A DNA stretch of 64,000 nt. Origin: an uncultured cyanobacterium (GTDB lineage: Bacteria; Cyanobacteriota; Cyanobacteriia; PCC-9006; JAAUQQ01). The DNA lies in contig OY970368.1 in the NCBI GenBank assembly GCA_963718615.1, forward strand, positions 4,064,001 through 4,128,000. The letters run 5' to 3'. The translations under genes and the position numbers were made by a program. Under the pieces are notes generated by a model. That model ran no database searches. It was not told the origin of the DNA and was given only the letters and a program-made list of their open reading frames with translations. Positions 39,357-49,359 of this stretch are shown in pieces (the first letter of the stretch is position 1; each line of letters starts with the position of its first letter).

Positions 39357-41885
39357 TCAGGGTTGGTTTAGTAACTGGAAAACTTGCTGAACCAACAACT
39401 CTGCATCAACCGGCTTAGACAAATGATACTGAAATCCAGCAGCTTTCGCCTGTTGCCCATTTAGCTCCCCGGCGTAGGCCGTGAGGGCGATCGCCCGAAT
39501 CCCCCCCCCCTGCGCCTCGGGCAACGCGCGAATCTGACGCAAGAGACCATAGCCATCCATATCCGGCATCCCAATATCACTCACCATACCGTCAAAATTA
39601 CCATTTTCCAGCGCTTGGAGCGCCGCCGCCGCCGAACTGACCGCCACCACCTCAGCTCCAACAGCCTCCAGCACAAAGGTCACAAAGATCAAGGCATCGG
39701 GCTCATCATCCACGATCAACAACCTATAGCCCGTCAAAGTTGTAGGCACAGCCGAGAGCACACCAGCAGACAAACTCCCTTGATCCACCCGTGACGGCTT
39801 CGGTCGCGCCATCGGCAATAGCACCGTAAACGTCGTACCACAGCCCTCCCCAGGGCTTTCGGCCTGCACCGTTCCCCCATGTAGCTCCACAATTTGCCGC
39901 ACGATCGCCAATCCCAGCCCTAGCCCACCAAATTGCCGCGTCGTTGCACTGTCGGCCTGACGAAAATAGTCAAAGACATAGGGCAAAAAACCCGGCGTAA
40001 TGCCCTTGCCGGTATCGCAGACTTGCAGTTGAGCCTGATGATTGATCTGGATCAAGCTCACCGTTACCTGTCCCTCCGCCGGGGTAAACTTCACCGCATT
40101 CGAGAGCAAATTCCACACCACCTGTTGCAATCGCCCCTCATCTCCCATGACCGGATTTACCCCTGAAGACAGTTCTAGCCTCACCTGAATGGCTTTCGCT
40201 TCTGCCGCTAGTCGCACCGTTTCATTCGCCGCTCGAATGGTCGTCGCCAAATCAACCCGCTCAACCTTCAGCTCCAGCTTGCCCCGCAAAATCCGCGACA
40301 CATCGAGCAAATCATCAATCAGCTGCACCTGCAACCGAGCATTACGCTCGATAGTTGCCAAAGCCTGCTCCGTTTTTTCCACCGGCAAGCGTCCGCTGCG
40401 CAAGAGCTGAGTCCAGCCAATGATCGGATTAAGCGGCGTGCGCAGTTCGTGGGACAACACAGCTAAAAACTCATCCTTAATACGATTAGCCCGTTCCGCC
40501 TCTTCCCGAGCTGTTTGTTCGTGACGCAACAAACGCGATCGCTGCGCCTCAATTTGTTTTTGGTCTTCAATATCCGTTGCCGTTCCAAACCATTTGAGCA
40601 CTTGCCCCGCTTCATCCTTGAGTGGCACCGCCTGGTGTAAATGCCAGCGATATTCTGCTTGGCCCTGGGTGACTCGCCGCAGTCGTCCTTCCGCCTGATA
40701 GCGTTGACCGGTGGTTTGGGCCATCGCCCAGTTCGCTTCCAAGGCCGGCAAATCCTCAGGATGCACAATATTATGCCAACCCGCCGTTCGAGCCTGCTCC
40801 GCACCCAACCCCGTATAGTCCAACCAGCGCTGATTAACATCCAGCAAGTCCCCCTCGGCACTGGCAGTCCAGACCAACTGGGGAATCGATTCGGTGAGAT
40901 AACGATAGCGTTCCTCGCTCTGCCGCAGCTGGTCCTCAGCGCGTTTGCGCTCAGTAATTTCTTGGCAAACAATGCTAATTCCCGTCACTTGTCCTTGGGC
41001 ATCCTGAAGGGGATACCAGTTTTCTAGCCAAATACGATGGATACCGGGCTGGGCTGGCGTTTCTCCTGCAATTTCTAGGTTTAGAAGCGGTTTTCCACTG
41101 TCCAAGACCTGTCGCAGCAGAGGTTCCGCCTCATCCGCCAGCTTGGGCAACACCTCGCGGATGCTCCGCCCTAGGTGTTCTGGCACCGACAGACCGTTGA
41201 TGTCCGCCAGCTCTTGATTAATCCGTTGAAACCGCAGATCCCGATCCAACACCCCTAGACCAATGGGCGCACTTTGGTAGATCGACTCGATTTCCGTCAG
41301 TTGAGCCCGAACGATTGCTTCACTGCGGCGGAGGGACTGTTCGGCCTGTTTGCGATCGCTAATATCAATCCCCGAGGGAATCAGATGGGTCACCTGACCG
41401 ACTTCGTTGAAAATGGGGACCAGGGAAAAGTCGATGATCAAAAAGCGATCGCTCGCCAACCGCACCTGCACATCGTAGCGAACCATCTCGCCCTGGGCCG
41501 CCCGCTCAATGGCCTGCCGTAGCTGGGCCTGAATGTCGCTATCGTAGGCCCACCAATAGGTTTGATCAAAGGGTTTTCCCAACACATCCTCAGGCTGAAG
41601 CGACGCGGCTTCTAGGGCGGTGCGGTTGGCCTCGATCAAAATGCCGTCGGGCGTCATAATGCCGACAAAGCTCAGCAGACTATCGAGAATCAGGCGCAGT
41701 CGCTGTTCGGTTTCCAGGGATTTGGGGAGGAGGGATTCGGATGAAGCTGAGGCAGACAAAAAGGACGGATCAGACATACGGAGCATACATAAAGCGCTAA
41801 AAAACTCCCTATGATGGAAGTCATACCCCAAGGCGCAGCGAAATTCTCGATCGAGAGAAATTTTGTCCTCTGTAGGGGTGTGCAT
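39357..41885 (-). CDS. Cytoplasmic hybrid histidine kinase (3 PAS-HisKA-HATPase-REC)
   Basis: SHELRTPL, NLLSNAVKF, DTGKGI, GGLGLGL, VDDE, SDIGMP; true start may be ATG 41777. Confidence 0.95.
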   Translation of the reverse strand: MHTPTEDKISLDREFRCALGYDFHHREFFSALCMLRMSDPSFLSASASSESLLPKSLETEQRLRLILDSLLSFVGIMTPDGILIEANRTALEAASLQPEDVLGKPFDQTYWWAYDSDIQAQLRQAIERAAQGEMVRYDVQVRLASDRFLIIDFSLVPIFNEVGQVTHLIPSGIDISDRKQAEQSLRRSEAIVRAQLTEIESIYQSAPIGLGVLDRDLRFQRINQELADINGLSVPEHLGRSIREVLPKLADEAEPLLRQVLDSGKPLLNLEIAGETPAQPGIHRIWLENWYPLQDAQGQVTGISIVCQEITERKRAEDQLRQSEERYRYLTESIPQLVWTASAEGDLLDVNQRWLDYTGLGAEQARTAGWHNIVHPEDLPALEANWAMAQTTGQRYQAEGRLRRVTQGQAEYRWHLHQAVPLKDEAGQVLKWFGTATDIEDQKQIEAQRSRLLRHEQTAREEAERANRIKDEFLAVLSHELRTPLNPIIGWTQLLRSGRLPVEKTEQALATIERNARLQVQLIDDLLDVSRILRGKLELKVERVDLATTIRAANETVRLAAEAKAIQVRLELSSGVNPVMGDEGRLQQVVWNLLSNAVKFTPAEGQVTVSLIQINHQAQLQVCDTGKGITPGFLPYVFDYFRQADSATTRQFGGLGLGLAIVRQIVELHGGTVQAESPGEGCGTTFTVLLPMARPKPSRVDQGSLSAGVLSAVPTTLTGYRLLIVDDEPDALIFVTFVLEAVGAEVVAVSSAAAALQALENGNFDGMVSDIGMPDMDGYGLLRQIRALPEAQGGGIRAIALTAYAGELNGQQAKAAGFQYHLSKPVDAELLVQQVFQLLNQP

Positions 41886-42114
41886 TCCACGCCCAATGCA
41901 GGAATCTGGGATGCACCTCCATCGGCCTGAGGGTCGGGAATACCGCCCCCTACAGAGTTTTTATTCAAGCCTCGTTCCTAATAAGCCATTTTTCTATCCT
42001 ATAGCGGTAACAATCTGCAAGATATCTCTCCTGGGGAAGATGTTCAAAATCAAAATTTCAAAATTGCCTTGGGCAATCTAAAAGCAGTATTGCCCCTTTG
42101 CTCCCCTGCTGACT

Positions 42115-42900
42115 GTGTTTTCTTCTCTACTACGGGTTTTTCTTACTAGCTCTTGCCCCCTGTGCGATCGCACCAGCTCGACGCTGCTCTGCCGCGATTG
42201 CCAGCAACAGCTCCTAGATTGCCGACGGTTAGAGCCAGCTCTACCTTGCCCCGAGGGAATGATCCTGGGCTGGGGACAATATACCGGAACGCTGAAGCGG
42301 GCGATCGCCCAGTTCAAATATCACCACCAAACGACCTTAGCAGAGCCCCTCGGTCTGGGGTTGGGGGAGGCTTGGTTGGCCTATCAGCAGACCTTGCCCC
42401 AAACGGCGCGATCGCGCCCAACGGTCATTCCCATCCCCATGCATGCCGAAAAAGAACGGGAGCGGGGGTTTAATCAGGCGGTTTTGTTGGCGGAACAGTT
42501 TTGTCGACGAACTCGATTGCCGTTGTTGCGGGACGGATTGGTGCGATCGCGGGCGACGCTGCCCCAATTTTCCCTTTCCGCCCAGGCCCGCCAGCAAAAC
42601 CTTGCCGCCGCCTTCGAGCTTGGACCGGAACTAGAGCGCAGGAGAATCCCCAGAGAGGGCTCCAAGCCCCTAAGCGTTTTACTGCTGGATGATATCTATA
42701 CGACCGGTGCAACGATTCGGGCCGCAGCCCAGCCCCTCAGGGAATGGGGCATTGCAATCGCAGGCGTCGTCGCTGTCGCGCTACCCATTACCTTGCGAAA
42801 CCCCCAGCGAAACCAGCACACCCTCAGCACGGCTCCACCACAGGATGAGGGGGAGGCACTTCGGCAGAGCCAAACACAGGCTCCGGGTCCAGTCCGGTAA
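42115..42900 (+). CDS. comF: ComF family phosphoribosyltransferase-like competence protein
   Basis: CPLC...CRDC, RGFNQA, LLLDDIYTTGAT. Confidence 0.9.
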   Translation: MFSSLLRVFLTSSCPLCDRTSSTLLCRDCQQQLLDCRRLEPALPCPEGMILGWGQYTGTLKRAIAQFKYHHQTTLAEPLGLGLGEAWLAYQQTLPQTARSRPTVIPIPMHAEKERERGFNQAVLLAEQFCRRTRLPLLRDGLVRSRATLPQFSLSAQARQQNLAAAFELGPELERRRIPREGSKPLSVLLLDDIYTTGATIRAAAQPLREWGIAIAGVVAVALPITLRNPQRNQHTLSTAPPQDEGEALRQSQTQAPGPVR

Positions 42901-43222
42901 TTTGCTGAAACTGTTCGGGGGTGAAGCCAATCGAGACGGTGGTGGCTTTCCAGGCTTGCAGACGCGATCGCACCTGGTCCATCAACGCCATGCCTCGGAT
43001 GATCGGTAACTGCGTCCAGCTTTCAATCAATTGTTCTACCAGAGCTAGCTCGATCGCCGGGGCAGAATAGGATTGCAGCAGCTCCTCTAGGGCCGCCCAA
43101 AAAGCCTCTGCCTCTTGGCCTGCATCCGTACCTGCATCCCTGCCCGATTCTATGCCCGCCAGCCCATAGCTCGTGACAATGTGTTTGACCCGCTGCCGAT
43201 TAATTTGCGACCGGAGTTCCAT
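42824..43222 (-). CDS. Conserved cyanobacterial hypothetical protein
   Basis: HIVTSYGL, IELALVE, TPEQFQQITGLDPEPVFG. Confidence 0.7.
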   Translation of the reverse strand: MELRSQINRQRVKHIVTSYGLAGIESGRDAGTDAGQEAEAFWAALEELLQSYSAPAIELALVEQLIESWTQLPIIRGMALMDQVRSRLQAWKATTVSIGFTPEQFQQITGLDPEPVFGSAEVPPPHPVVEPC

Positions 43223-43334
43223 GCTTCACCTTCTGCCTCTCAAAACGCCCAGAGATGGCTGTGATCAGGCCCAAATCCAATTCACACAGGCCATTATAGA
43301 ACTGCCCTGTTGGAAAACAATGTAACGCAACGCT

Positions 43335-43811
43335 ATGAAGTTTCTCCGTGCCTGGTTTCTCCTGTCCCTCGGGTGTCTGGGTTGGCTCAGTACCGAACTC
43401 CGCTATCCCCAGGCCCTTTGGGCGGCTGAGACGCCGCCGAGTCTGGCTCCAGCGGGGAATGTGTACCATCCTATTCCCTTGCCCAGCAGCCTAGCCATTG
43501 AAGATACGCTGACGGAACGGGATATTCCAACGGGCAAGGGGGGATTTGCGCGGGACTATACGGTGGAGCTGAAGGAGGGCGACCAGATCGCGATCGACTT
43601 GGTCTCAGATAGCTTTGATACGTTGGTGACGCTGATGGCTCCCAATGGGACGACGCTGGGTGAAAATGACGACGGCCCGGATGGGGGAACGAATTCGCTG
43701 CTGTTTATGCGGATTTCCCAAACGGGCAGCTATATTGTCCGGGTGCAGGCCTTTGGTCGGGCCAAGGGGGGACCGTTTATGCTGAAGCTAACGCGGTTAA
43801 AGCCGTCCTAG
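43335..43811 (+). CDS. Secreted PPC (pre-peptidase C-terminal) domain protein
   Basis: Signal peptide; IDLVSDSFDT, ENDDG, GSYIVRV. Confidence 0.85.
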   Translation: MKFLRAWFLLSLGCLGWLSTELRYPQALWAAETPPSLAPAGNVYHPIPLPSSLAIEDTLTERDIPTGKGGFARDYTVELKEGDQIAIDLVSDSFDTLVTLMAPNGTTLGENDDGPDGGTNSLLFMRISQTGSYIVRVQAFGRAKGGPFMLKLTRLKPS

Positions 43812-43878
43812 GGGGAAGGGGGTTTGGCGTTGCGAAAAATAAGATTGCCAAAAACAAGAAAAAATTTGGGCGATCGCA

Positions 43879-43907
43879 TTGCACAAGCGTAACGGTTTTG
43901 TTACTCT
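43879..43907 (+). promoter_or_regulatory. sigma70-type promoter of tRNA-Phe
   Basis: TTGCAC-N17-TACTCT, 16 nt before the tRNA. Confidence 0.6.
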
Positions 43908-43923
43908 AGTTAAGCAGTCGCAA

Positions 43924-43996
43924 GCCGGGATAGCTCAGCTGGTAGAGCAGAGGACTGAAAATCCTCGTGTCGGCGGTTCAAGCCCGCCTCCTGGCA
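43924..43996 (+). tRNA. trnF: tRNA-Phe(GAA)
   Basis: GCCGGGA/TCCTGGC acceptor stem, GAGGA-CTGAAAA-TCCTC anticodon arm, GGTTCAAG T-loop; CCA not encoded. Confidence 0.97.
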
Positions 43997-44024
43997 TTAC
44001 TTAAAAGATCTCTTAAAGATTAGG

Positions 44025-44468
44025 TCAACGCTTCTTCAGCCATTGCAGATGCTCTGTATTGTTGGCAATGGTGGACGAGCAAGTTCTCCAATGGGGCGTG
44101 ACACGGTAGGACCCAGGGGAATAGACCCTGAGGGCTCCGCCTTGTTTGTTCAATTTCACTCGCACAAAAACCGCATTATTTTTGCCGTTCACGCCCATCA
44201 CTTTGCGAGCGGCATATTCTCCATCCCATTCCAAAATAACCGGGTTTTCTCCCTTCCAGGTGCCGAGTTCTAGGCAGAGGGCTTTCGCACCTCCACCCGG
44301 CGGAACCGCAATGGATGTCAACCATCCCCGGTTGGGGGAGACGCAGAGATCAGAATAGGCGGGATGACAGTCCTCGGCAGCGCTCGGTTGTGGAACGCTA
44401 AGCATACCTAAGTTCATGAAACTAGCAGCCACACTAGCGGTTGCTAGGGAGAGAGAGGGGAAATTCAT
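44025..44468 (-). CDS. Hypothetical secreted protein
   Basis: Hydrophobic N-terminus, CHPAYSDLCVSP motif. Confidence 0.55.
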   Translation of the reverse strand: MNFPSLSLATASVAASFMNLGMLSVPQPSAAEDCHPAYSDLCVSPNRGWLTSIAVPPGGGAKALCLELGTWKGENPVILEWDGEYAARKVMGVNGKNNAVFVRVKLNKQGGALRVYSPGSYRVTPHWRTCSSTIANNTEHLQWLKKR

Positions 44469-44588
44469 GGCGCAAGTCGGCGATAAAAGACAGACTCAAG
44501 ATTCCCAGCTGTTCTCTTCTGCAACCTATTGGTTCCAAAATTGGAAAATGTCAAGATATTGCTTGGAAAAAAATTCAGGCACAACTCT

Positions 44589-45572
44589 ATGCTCAACAGT
44601 CCTACGCTCAACGGTAAAGTCGCACTGGTCACGGGCGCAACCCGAGGACTCGGCAAAGGCATTGCAGTTGGACTCGGGGAAGCAGGGGCAACGGTTTATA
44701 TCACCGGGCGATCGCGCCACGCCTCCGACAACAATTTAGGAAACCTGACCGAGACCCAAGCCGCAGTGGAAGCTGCGGGCGGACAATGCATCCCCATTCA
44801 AGTCGACCACAGCGACGATGGACAGATTCAGGCCCTCTTCGATCGCATCCAAACCGAACAAAACGGTCAGCTTGATCTGCTCGTCAACAACGTCTACGGC
44901 GGCGTGCAAGCCCTCGGTCAAGCCCAAGAACAACCCTTTTGGCAGCTTGCGCCGGATTTTTGGGATGCCTGCAATCAGGTCGGTCTGCGCAGTCACTACC
45001 TCGCCAGCGTTTTTGCCGCCCGCCTGATGAGTGCGCGTCAACAGGGATTAATTTGCACCATTTCCTCCTGGGGTGGGCTTGCGCCCCTGTTTGGCGTCGC
45101 CTATGGAACCGGAAAAGCCGCTTGCGATCGCCTCGCCGCCGATATGGCCCTTGAACTCAAACCCCAAGGCATTAGTTCCATCGCCCTCTGGCCCGGTATT
45201 GTGGGCACCGAGCTCATCACCCAAATGGTCGACGCCGGGAAAGCGGAGGCCCTGGGGGTAAATCCTCGGCTGCGCTTGATCCAAGACCGCTTTAATTGGG
45301 AAACGCCCCTGCTGACGGGACGGGTGATCGCGGCGATCGCCCAGGATCCCCAAGTCCTCCAACGCACCGGACGGGTTCACATCGTCGCAGAATGGGCCAA
45401 ACGCTATGGTGTCGTCGATCGCGAGGGTAACTTACCGGTTTCGTTGCGATCGCTCAAATTTCTCTTACCCACCGCCATGCCCAGCCTCCGGCACCAGCAA
45501 GCCTGGATTCCCGATGTCTATATGCCTTGGCTGCTGCTGCTGTGGACATCCTTGGCCTCGCCCCGCGTTTAG
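44589..45572 (+). CDS. Short-chain dehydrogenase/reductase (DHRS1-like)
   Basis: TGATRGLG, LVNN, YGTGK. Confidence 0.9.
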   Translation: MLNSPTLNGKVALVTGATRGLGKGIAVGLGEAGATVYITGRSRHASDNNLGNLTETQAAVEAAGGQCIPIQVDHSDDGQIQALFDRIQTEQNGQLDLLVNNVYGGVQALGQAQEQPFWQLAPDFWDACNQVGLRSHYLASVFAARLMSARQQGLICTISSWGGLAPLFGVAYGTGKAACDRLAADMALELKPQGISSIALWPGIVGTELITQMVDAGKAEALGVNPRLRLIQDRFNWETPLLTGRVIAAIAQDPQVLQRTGRVHIVAEWAKRYGVVDREGNLPVSLRSLKFLLPTAMPSLRHQQAWIPDVYMPWLLLLWTSLASPRV

Positions 45573-45600
45573 GCAGTTTGCTATGACGGCTTTAGCGGCT

Positions 45601-46605
45601 TTAGGCGGTTTCCGGCCCCTGCTGAACAATCCAGTAGCTGACCTGGAACAGATCGCTGGCATCGCTCCAAGCCTCTTGGACGGTAAATCCGGCTTGCTGG
45701 GCCAAGGCTTCTAGCTCTGCTGGGCTGTACTTATAGGAATGCTCTGTCCGCAGATGCTCTCCGGCGGCAAAGCGAATTGTCTGATCCAGAATCTCAACGG
45801 TCTGGTTGGCAAGGCTGACCAAATACATTTCAATCCGGCCCAGGGACTCGTTATACACCGCCTCATAGCGAAACCGCTTGAGGTCAAAATTAGCCCCCAG
45901 CTCTCGATTGATTCGCTCCAATAGATTCAGCGCAAAGGCAGCGGAAACCCCAGCGGCATCATTGTAGGCCGGTTCCAGTATGGCCTTAGATTTCTTCAGA
46001 TCCACACCCAAGAGCAAACCGCCCCCCTCACCGACCAACCGCGCCACATTTTTTAGAAAATGCACTGCCTCCTGAGGTTCCAGATTTCCCAGGGTAGAGC
46101 CGGGGAAAAAAGCCGTTTTGCGTCGGTTTTGTAGGATCGGCAGGTCGGGAAGCGTGAGGGGTTGGGTGTAGTCGGCGCAGAGGGCGATCGCCTCGATCTC
46201 GGGATAATCCTGGGCCAACTGCTCGCAGGACTCCTGCAAATGCTGCTTAGAAATATCCAACGCCATATACACCGGCAGTTTTGCACCGGTTTTCTGGAGC
46301 GCATCCAATAAAATTCTGACCTTCTGGCTACTGCCGCTGCCAAACTCGATCAGAATGCCATCGGTGAGGCGATCGCCAATCTCACGGGCTGCATGGGCAC
46401 GCAACAGCTCGATTTCGGTACGGGTCAAATAGTATTCCGGCTGCCGAGTAATCTCAACAAACAGCTCTGCCCCCGCTTTGTCGTAGAGCCAAGTCGGAGG
46501 AATATGCTTAGCCGCCAGACCCAGCCCCTTTAGCACCACAGAGCGAAAATCTTCAAGCACGGGATGGAAATCGAACAGTTGAATCGAGGCGGTCACAGAG
46601 ATCAC
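45601..46605 (-). CDS. egtD: L-histidine N-alpha-methyltransferase
   Basis: PEYYLTRTE, EFGSGS, FPGSTLGN, AYNDAAGV, TEHSYKY. Confidence 0.93.
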   Translation of the reverse strand: MISVTASIQLFDFHPVLEDFRSVVLKGLGLAAKHIPPTWLYDKAGAELFVEITRQPEYYLTRTEIELLRAHAAREIGDRLTDGILIEFGSGSSQKVRILLDALQKTGAKLPVYMALDISKQHLQESCEQLAQDYPEIEAIALCADYTQPLTLPDLPILQNRRKTAFFPGSTLGNLEPQEAVHFLKNVARLVGEGGGLLLGVDLKKSKAILEPAYNDAAGVSAAFALNLLERINRELGANFDLKRFRYEAVYNESLGRIEMYLVSLANQTVEILDQTIRFAAGEHLRTEHSYKYSPAELEALAQQAGFTVQEAWSDASDLFQVSYWIVQQGPETA

Positions 46606-46774
46606 AGTTGACTGTTGTCAATTATACGGTTTTGCTCCCCTTGGAGGCAGGCTGAGGATAAAATTCATCCGCCATTTCGCGTAGGGGCCTTGAGTCTTCA
46701 GGGCTGCGGGCCTTGCTTCCCCAAGCCCCCTGAGGTATTGGTAGGTATTGGGCCAGGAATTATTGGGCTAAGAA

Positions 46775-48094
46775 TTATTGGGCCAAGCGAATGCCCATAA
46801 ATTGCCAGCGACTGGCCGGTGGAAAGAAATTGCGATAAGTGACGCGAATGTGGTTCCGGGGAGTGGCGCAGGATCCGCCCCGTAACACCCGTTGGTTGCA
46901 CATAAACTTGCCGTTGTATTCGCCGATCGCCCCAGGGGCAGGTTTAAAACCGGGATAGGGCAAATAGGCACTTTGGGTCCATTCCCATACATCACCGAAG
47001 AACTGCTGCAGCCCAAAAACACTTTCGGTCAGGGGTTGCGCCTGGGGATGAAAGGTTTGGCTTTCGGCAAAGTTTCCAGTCATGTTCCCAGCCAAGGTCC
47101 CGGCGAGAGGGTTGGCGATCGCCCCAGTCTGCGCCGCCACTTCCCATTCCACTTCCGTCGGCAACCGTTTCCCCGCCCAGCTCGCATAGGCATCGGCTTC
47201 AAACAGGCTGACGTGGCAAACGGGTTCCTGCAAATTGAGCGGACGCATGCCTCCCAGCGTCATCACCTGCCACTGGCCCTCGATTTTTTCCCAATAGAGC
47301 GGAGCCTCCCAGCCTTCCCGCAGCAGGGTGTGCCAGCCTTCCGAGAGCCAATGCTGGGGCTGTTGATATCCCCCCGCTTCGATAAATTCGAGATATTCGC
47401 CGTTGGTGACGGGGCGGTTGGCGATCGCAAAGTCCTGCACATAGGTCCGATGGCGAGGTCCTTCATTGTCAAAGGCAAAGTTGTCAAAGGCAAACTTATC
47501 AAACGTAGACCCCGAACCCGCCCAGCCAATGTCTACGAGCCCCCCGGCAAACGCCTCAAACCGCAAGGGTAGCGCTGAATCCACCCGATTTTCCCGCAAA
47601 TCCTGTCGATAGGCCGGTCGCAGCGGATTGATCGCCAAAATATGCTTAATATCCGTGACCAACAATTCCTGATGCTGTTGCTCGTGGTGCAGTCCCAGTT
47701 CCAGTAACGCCGCAATCTGCGGTTCTTCCCCTCGCTGCTTCAGCAGGGCTTTCATGGCCTCATCCACATAGGCCCGATAGCCATAGACCTCCTCCACTGT
47801 CGGGCGAGACAGCAGGCCACGCTGGGGGCGAGGATGCCGGTCTCCCACAGCCTCGTAGTAGGAGTTAAACAAATAGCCAAACCGAGGATGGAAGCACTGA
47901 TACCCCGGCAAAAACGGCACCAGCAAAAAGGTCTCGAAAAACCAGGTCACATGGGCCAAATGCCACTTCGGCGGGCTAACATCCGGCATGCTTTGGACGA
48001 TATAATCCTCGATCGCCAGGGGCCGACAGAGCGCTTCACTCCAGGCCCGGACTTGCAGATAGCGATCGCACACCCCATAGATCAACGTAGACAT
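46775..48094 (-). CDS. egtB: Ergothioneine sulfoxide synthase
   Basis: QSMPDVSPPKWHLAH, FNSYY, HHEQQHQE, GEYNGKFM, YRNFF; ATG 48094 preferred. Confidence 0.93.
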   Translation of the reverse strand: MSTLIYGVCDRYLQVRAWSEALCRPLAIEDYIVQSMPDVSPPKWHLAHVTWFFETFLLVPFLPGYQCFHPRFGYLFNSYYEAVGDRHPRPQRGLLSRPTVEEVYGYRAYVDEAMKALLKQRGEEPQIAALLELGLHHEQQHQELLVTDIKHILAINPLRPAYRQDLRENRVDSALPLRFEAFAGGLVDIGWAGSGSTFDKFAFDNFAFDNEGPRHRTYVQDFAIANRPVTNGEYLEFIEAGGYQQPQHWLSEGWHTLLREGWEAPLYWEKIEGQWQVMTLGGMRPLNLQEPVCHVSLFEADAYASWAGKRLPTEVEWEVAAQTGAIANPLAGTLAGNMTGNFAESQTFHPQAQPLTESVFGLQQFFGDVWEWTQSAYLPYPGFKPAPGAIGEYNGKFMCNQRVLRGGSCATPRNHIRVTYRNFFPPASRWQFMGIRLAQ

Positions 48095-48310
48095 ACCCAA
48101 CGACTCAATAAACATCAACGCAATATCGATCGAAAGATTCAGAGATTCGCAATCAAACAATCAAATTTAATTTTGACCGATGGGCTCGATCTACTGGTCC
48201 TAATGGCGGGCCTAATGGCCTAATCTAGACAAAGCGCTTGCCCAAGCTCCAGCCCCAACGCTAGACTGATGAACTGTGACTTTTAGCAACCTGAGCTGGA
48301 GAAAGCTCCC

Positions 48311-48448
48311 ATGACGAAGCGAACCCTTGGCGGTACCAACCGCAAACAGAAGCGAACCTCTGGTTTCCGTGCCCGGATGCGCACCCGCACGGGCCAAAAC
48401 GTAATCAAAGCCCGCCGTCGTAGAGGTCGGGCACGGCTGTCCGTCTAG
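48311..48448 (+). CDS. rpmH: 50S ribosomal protein L34
   Basis: Manual translation [45 protein letters not shown]; below the ORF-track cutoff. Confidence 0.97.
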   Translation: MTKRTLGGTNRKQKRTSGFRARMRTRTGQNVIKARRRRGRARLSV

Positions 48449-48504
48449 GGAACATTCCCCAGCGGCTTCCCTTGCCAGTCCCCTGATCTGGATGAAATCT
48501 CAGC

Positions 48505-48924
48505 GTGGCGCTTCCTAAAGTTCACCGCCTCAAGCGACGACAAGAATTCGATTGGGTTTATCGGAGAGGTAAGCGTTACAGCGCCTCTCATTTGTTGTTG
48601 AGGGCATTTTTGCCCAGCGGAATTCTAGGGCCAGCACCGGCAACAGCAGCGGCGCTGGCCCCTCTCCCCCTTGAGGCAAGTTCCCTAGAAGCCCTTCGGG
48701 TTGCGGTGGTCGTTAGTCAAAAGGTCAGCAAACGAGCGGTTATCCGTAACCGCATTCGGCGACGCATTCAGGCGGGTCTCCAAACCCTGCTTCCCCGACT
48801 GAAGGCTGGCTGGTTATTAGTGATTACCGTAAAACCAAACGCTTTGGAGTGCGATTATCACAAATTTTTGCAAGAATTAGAGCAGTTGTTGGCAAATGCC
48901 GAGGTGCTCGATGGCCATTCGTGA
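48505..48924 (+). CDS. rnpA: RNase P protein component
   Basis: RLKRRQEF, KVSKRAVIRNRIRR. Confidence 0.95.
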   Translation: MALPKVHRLKRRQEFDWVYRRGKRYSASHLLLRAFLPSGILGPAPATAAALAPLPLEASSLEALRVAVVVSQKVSKRAVIRNRIRRRIQAGLQTLLPRLKAGWLLVITVKPNALECDYHKFLQELEQLLANAEVLDGHS

Positions 48925-49291
48925 AGAGGTTTTCTACGAGGGAGGTCCCCATATTGGCGATCTCATCCTCAATATTTTAGTCGGATTTACGGTTCTAGGA
49001 CTGCCTTTGACCGTAGGTGCGATCGTCCGTGCGCTCTGGCTGCGGTTTAGAATTACTAACCGTCGAATTTCAGTCACTGGGGGCTGGATGGGTCGCGATC
49101 GCTGGGATGTGATTTACCGAGAGGTGACCCATGTGATTGCAATTCCCCGAGGCATTGGCCTGTGGGGGGACATGGCGATCACCCTCAAAGATGGCACTCG
49201 TTTGGAACTGCGGGCGGTTCCGCGCTTTCGGGAAATCGAGCAGTACATTAAAGAACGCGCCAAAATTGCACCGGCCCAGGCGGCGGCCTAG
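48911..49291 (+). CDS. Bacterial PH-domain protein
   Basis: MAIREEVFYEGGPHIGDL, RFRITNRR; conserved position between rnpA and yidC. Confidence 0.88.
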   Translation: MAIREEVFYEGGPHIGDLILNILVGFTVLGLPLTVGAIVRALWLRFRITNRRISVTGGWMGRDRWDVIYREVTHVIAIPRGIGLWGDMAITLKDGTRLELRAVPRFREIEQYIKERAKIAPAQAAA

Positions 49292-49359
49292 TCGCTGTTC
49301 ATCGGGTCTACGGCCTCTACCGTTTCGGTTTCATCGTTCACCTCACCTCCTAAACACGA

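Noticed and set aside
43924-44500. tRNA-Phe as the att site of an integrated element
   Set aside because: No integrase and no duplicated tRNA 3' end seen in the window
45601-48094. Incomplete or novel ergothioneine pathway
   Set aside because: egtB-egtD pairs with the remaining steps encoded elsewhere are common
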